From positions 91,575,360-91,639,359 of the forward strand of contig NC_068986.1 in NCBI RefSeq assembly GCF_001194135.2: DNA of 64,000 nucleotides, read 5' to 3'. Positions 55,101 to 61,100 of this stretch are shown piece after piece. The notes under the pieces are model-generated. The model was not told where the DNA came from. It was given only the letters and a program-made list of their open reading frames with translations, and ran no database searches. The DNA comes from Octopus bimaculoides. Taxonomy: Eukaryota. Both the position numbers and the translations under genes were made by a program. The number at the start of each line of letters is the position of its first letter. Within the stretch, counting starts at the first letter, position 1.

Positions 55101-58100
55101 ACACCAGACCTTAAATCTCTGCCTGCTCTGTGTAGCACATGATACAGAGGACATATTTCCTTGAGAACTATACATCATGTGTGACATGCATTCCCGATTC
55201 TGTTTTAATCATCCAAGTAACTTGACTTGAATTCAGGGCTATGAAGATTCTTGGAACAGGTTAACAATAGGAAAAATAGATAAACAGGCATACATACCTT
55301 ACAGAGATACACAACACAAATATATTCCTGCTACTGGCCTAACATAGTCAACTGATACAGCGATGAGGCAAGCTGGTATAGTAAAAGGACAACTAATCAC
55401 TAGCGCATCTAACATAGCTATGACACTGTGTAAAGTTTCTTCTATTAGTTTTAACCAACATCATTTAGCCCTAGGCCAGATCTGATATGATCCAGTAAAC
55501 TATTGATTAAAGATGCTTCAGTCATAATCAACCCACTTATAATAGTGAGACATGGTTTGAGGGAGATTTGGTTACTATTTCTAACACGCTGAGTGACCAA
55601 GTGCTTACTAAAAGTGGAGATTACAAAAAGAAAAAAAAAAAAAAANNNNNNNNNNAAAAAAAAAAAAAAAAAAAAATGCAGCTATGTGGTAGGTGCAGGT
55701 GTTGTAAGAAGCTTGCTTCCCAACCACATGGTTCTGGGTTCAGTCCCTCTGTATGGCATCTTGGGTAAATGTCTTCTACTATAGCCCCAGGCCGACCAAA
55801 GCCTTGTGAGTAGATCTGGTGTGTCCTCCCACCATCATTTGACAACCGATGTTGGTGTGTTTATATCCCAGTAACTTAGCGGTTCAGCAAAAGAGGCCAA
55901 CAGAATAAGTACTAGGCTTACAAAGAATAAGTCCTGGGGTTGATTTGTTTGACTAAAGGCAGTGCTCCAGCATGGCTGCAGTCAAATGACTGAAACAAGT
56001 AAAAGAATAAAAGAATAAATCATGAACACAAGGCTTACCCAGATTTATGCCTGCTATCAACATCCACTGTTGGAATGGGTTCCATCTCAAATTGTACTCC
56101 TGTTTTAGCAGCTACTACAGGTTCAGTTGGATCCAAATTAAACTGGCAGTGTTTCTGGTTAAATAGAAGAGAATAAGAATTTTGAAAAGTATACAAAATA
56201 AGGTGACTTACTTTCCATTAACAAAGTTATTTTAATACCAAAAATAAACTGGATCNNNNNNNNNNNNNNNNNNNNNNNNNNNNNNNNNNNNNNNNNNNNN
56301 NNNNNNNNNNNNNNNNNNNNNNNNNNNNNNNNNNNNNNNNNNNNNNNNNNNNNNNNNNNNNNNNNNNNNNNNNNNNNNNNNNNNNNNNNNNNNNNNNNNN
56401 NNNNNNNNNNNNNNNNNNNNNNNNNNNNNNNNNNNNNNNNNNNNNNNNNNNNNNNNNNNNNNNNNNNNNNNNNNNNNNNNNNNNNNNNNNNNNNNNNNNN
56501 NNNNNNNNNNNNNNNNNNNNNNNNNNNNNNNNNNNNNNNNNNNNNNNNNNNNNNNNNNNNNNNNNNNNNNNNNNNNNNNNNNNNNNNNNNNNNNNNNNNN
56601 NNNNAGCAAGGGTGATGGGAGGAAGAGAAGCAAGTGGAATGGGAATGTCCAAGTGGAGGTGGTAAGATCCCAGTCAACTCCAAGGAGACATTATAACAGA
56701 GATAGAAAAGGCTGAGAGCAGAGACAATTTTCTGCTATGTTCCAGATATCATCACAATGGAAAACCGAGTCATTTTACTAAATCACGTAAAACTCTTAAT
56801 TATTTTCCTAAAATTAATGAAAATACATGGACTGTGTATTTCAGTAGAAATAGAGTCATTATGGAATAAAACAATATGGAAGTTCTCTATACATTCATGT
56901 GTTAGAAGTGCACAATGTTACAAAATTTAATGCATTCATACAATCAATTTTAGGCATTACTCTGCTTATCAACGAGATCTAAGGATGATTGCATAAAACC
57001 TTTAGAACTGAATGATGTAATAATGTCTACCTTGCATATGACAAATAGGTTTTAAGCATGCACATACACACTTCACAACAACAAATTCGTTATACATTCT
57101 TTTGCTGGTTTCGGCCATTAGAGTGTGGCAATTACTGGAACACAGGCACTAGACTCGAAAGAGTATTGAATGCAATGCAATCCAATACCATGATATATCA
57201 AGTTGTTTCATTCAAAACCATAAGGATTCTGCATGCCAGTACCTCATATATAAATTGAAAGAAGACATAAAATTATATAATTACCTTTAGTAGGCGTGCT
57301 GTACTCCATATAACAACATTACCATTCAAAGTGGATGTGGCAAAGAAATGTTTGCTGCTGGATGTACTAATACACTCAATCTGAAAGAAAACAAAAAGAG
57401 AATGTCATATTCCTTATACTTGTATAGTGAAGATCTTAGATAATAAATTAAAATATTTCAAATTTTATACATTTTTCAAAATGAGGTGATCCAAATAATT
57501 ATTTGTTAATGTTTTTGTATTAAACAAGGTGTTTAATGAAGCAGTGTGTACATGAAATGACTGTAATAAGTTGTACATAACAATATAATATATGGAATAC
57601 AAACAGTATGATGCATGAAAAAGGATTATTATGATAAACGGGCAGTAAAAATAGAAGATTTGTAGAAGTGGGAAAGAGAGGTAGCAAATATGATCTGTAA
57701 GATATGCAGCATTAACTTACATATGTAGGAATACCTTTCATATAAGAGAGTGATTTAGTGTGGGCATTGAAATGGATAACCACCTTAAGCACCTTTTCGA
57801 GCTCCATGTGCCTAACACATGTGGGCATGCCTACAAAGTCAGAAAACAGCACAGCTACCATGACTTTTGTAAACATTTTTTCACACTCAGGGTTGCTGAA
57901 GCATGAAACAAACTACCTGCATCAGTTGTTAGCTGCCAGGACATTGCATCCTTTAAAATCTCCATGCTTCCTGAAATTCACCAACATTATGCCTGATATC
58001 CCTCCCCTCCATATGCAAGCACACATGTATATCATGACTCATACACTGTTCACTTTCCTGACTTTTGTACTAATTCTATGTACTATACATGCACCTTTGA

Positions 58101-61100
58101 TGAGTATACCTGAGCACTATACACAATAATTTCATTATTATTATAAAATCACAAGTACAACAAAGCTCTTTCTCTGCATTCCATTATATTTCTCTAATAG
58201 TCAACATAAGCACAAGGCATTTGAGGATTTGGGGGTATAATTGATTTAACCAAGTCCAATATTCATAAGTATTTATTGTATTGGTGATGCCAATGATATT
58301 TGAACCTAGGAATGTATTGGGACATAAACATAGTAAAGTATTTTGTCTGATGTCTACCCAGTCTTCTAATCTAATGAAACAAAGAGAATTAATGACAAAT
58401 TTGATATCTTACTTTGTCTGTTGGTTCACCATGTAATAGAGCTGGCTGTGTTGCATAAGTTACTGCAATCAAATAAAACAAAACATTGAGCGTACAGTTG
58501 GGTTCAGTCATATAATTAAAGAAAGAAAAAAATTGCTAAAAAGAATAAAACTTAATACTCTAAAAGACTAAGATATTAACTAAAAACAAGTTATTTGGTT
58601 TAAAATTCAAATGTATGCAGAAAATAATTGAAAAATTAAAAGAAAAGCAAAACAAAGTAAAGTAAAAAGAAAGCTTTTGGAAGAGAAAAAATGGTTTTCT
58701 GTTTGATTCAATACAAATGCATACAAACCTAAAAGTGGGACGTTTTGTGTATACTCTCCTTTCACAAAAGGACAAGATGTTGAATGTCTTTCGTGTTCAG
58801 ACCTGGAAATAAATAGATATATATATATATATATACATACATACATACACACACATTATATATACATATGGGCAAGATGGTGAGATGATGTGAAAGTGGT
58901 TTCTATGGCACTGACGTAGATCTGACCACCTCCATTAAGAGAGACAAAACCCAGATTTAAAATGTTGGTTGATGATGATACACACACACAATCACACATC
59001 ACACACACACACACACACACAGAAGAGAGAAGGAGAGAGGTAGACAGAAAAGTTAATCAAAAACATAAATGACAAAATAACACACAAAGTGAACATTATA
59101 ACAATTTATCAAAGAACAACTTGAACCCCAATCTCTAAGTTACTAGCTAAAATTTATAAAATATATCTCTAATCTGTTTATTGAAATTAAAAATACAAAC
59201 AAATGGTGTAAACTTGTTTGTTAAATTACAAGATTTGTGGTGTGGCTAAGTTGCTGGAATACAGAACACAAGATCATTTACAGGTTATGCTGCAGTCCTT
59301 GTATTAAAAAACCTTTCTCCACCTTCAATGCACACACACGTTTCACTACTCTGCTCACTCTATGTTATCTAATACAACTCTTTATTCCATAGTTCAGTGG
59401 TTATTATCTGAACAGAGCTGATGTATGCCTAGACAACTCTAGCAGCTCTTGCTATATACATCAAGTATATCATGGTACTTGCAGACACAGATATACAACT
59501 ATTCAGCAACTATATCAATCATTTTGTAATTTATATATTTCTATCAGTTTTCATGTTATACTAAAGCTCATAGGGAAAGTAAAAGACATTACATTCTCTT
59601 CCAGGTTTCTTTGAATAAGATCCACACTTGATGGTGAAAGACTGCATAATCAGTTTTAACATGGGAACTAATACTCACCAGGAACTAAACTCATACCAGA
59701 ATCAGACCCCATAATACAAAAAGCCAAGATGATCAATAGGATCTCACATACACTCAAAACTAGAATCTGGCAGTCAACTGGCCATCTTTAAAAGGCAAGA
59801 TCAACAGACAAAAAAGACCTTAAGCTCTAGTACTATAGTGGCTTCTTGTAGAATTTCACAAACTTACACTGGTCTGGTTTCTCCTTACCACAGTTAGCCA
59901 CAGCTACACCTACTTTTGGTTCCCCTTTACAAATCATTGAGCAAAATATGAAGATCAGGCCTTCTCCTCTAGGTGTGAAAATGCAATTTACTGTAAAATT
60001 AATTCTTGATTTTTTTTTTTTTTTTTTTGCTACAGTTGCTAACAATTACCACTTTTTGGTAGCATTCAGTACACTATCATATACTTGATTTAACTAAAAT
60101 CATGCCATTAGCCCACTTTTTGTAATTATGCAACTTGCAGACAAAAATCTTTGTATTGCTTTTTTACATTTGTTAAAATCTTTGTGCACTGATCAGAGCA
60201 GGGTTAAGAAAACTATGATTGCTCGATAAGATTTAAAAAGACCAAAACACGTAAATAGCTATTAATTTGCCAACTAACAAAGATAAGGTTTTTTTTTTCT
60301 GTAAGCATATAAATTCAATTTTCTGTGAAACTGATTCTTAATTCCTTGAAATTATCTTTCCATTTTTCTTGAGAGTTGCTAGCAATTACTATCAGGGTTT
60401 TGTTTCTTTTCCCCAACTAAGGGGCATATTTCAATCCACTGTGAATTTTAGCATATATCATTGAATACATCGTTGCCTAACTAAAAGAACTAGCAAAGAC
60501 TCAACACTGCACAGCCACAACAATAAATAAAAAGCCATCAACTCCTTGGCCAGTAATCCAACACTCTTCATTACCAGCTAATATTCTACTTTTAGTTATA
60601 AACCCTTTGGTATTCAAATTACTCTGTCAAATGTAATATTTGTTTATTCATATTGTTTTAAATCAATCATGCATTATCTTGTAGTTTAGAGATTGCGATG
60701 ATGTGATTGTTACATTTTTTTTGTACATTCTGTTAATTACATATAAATATCTACTGTCTTTTTACAATTGAGTCTCCAGAAATTCTACCTTGTATTATAC
60801 AGTTCTTCATTCACTTCAAGATTTTTTGGCTGGGTAGGGTACCGATAGTATAAGCTATTCCCAATAATTGATCATGAATCATCATCATCATCATCGTCGT
60901 TTAACGTCCGCTTTCCATGCTAGCAATTTGTTTTCAAGAGATTTACACTACTACTACATTCGAAAAAATCCATTACACTGCACTCACTGTTCCTCTTCTC
61001 CCATACATCGATAGATTATTTACATTTTGGAATGACATTGTAGGGTTGTGGTTAGGTCAGATCCGGCCAGTTTAAAAAAAAAAAAAAAAAAAAGGTTAAA

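Noticed and set aside
55299-55445. gtatgt donor preceded by a coding-looking stretch
   Set aside because: Stops occur in the phase required after exon w5
54150-56604. Exons possibly hidden in the two large gaps
   Set aside because: Flanking exons join in phase (w4-w5 phase 0, w5-w6 phase 2), so none is required; a symmetric exon cannot be ruled out
54088-56683. Long ORFs in the ORF track (up to 315 aa)
   Set aside because: They consist of X residues across N gaps plus repeat sequence
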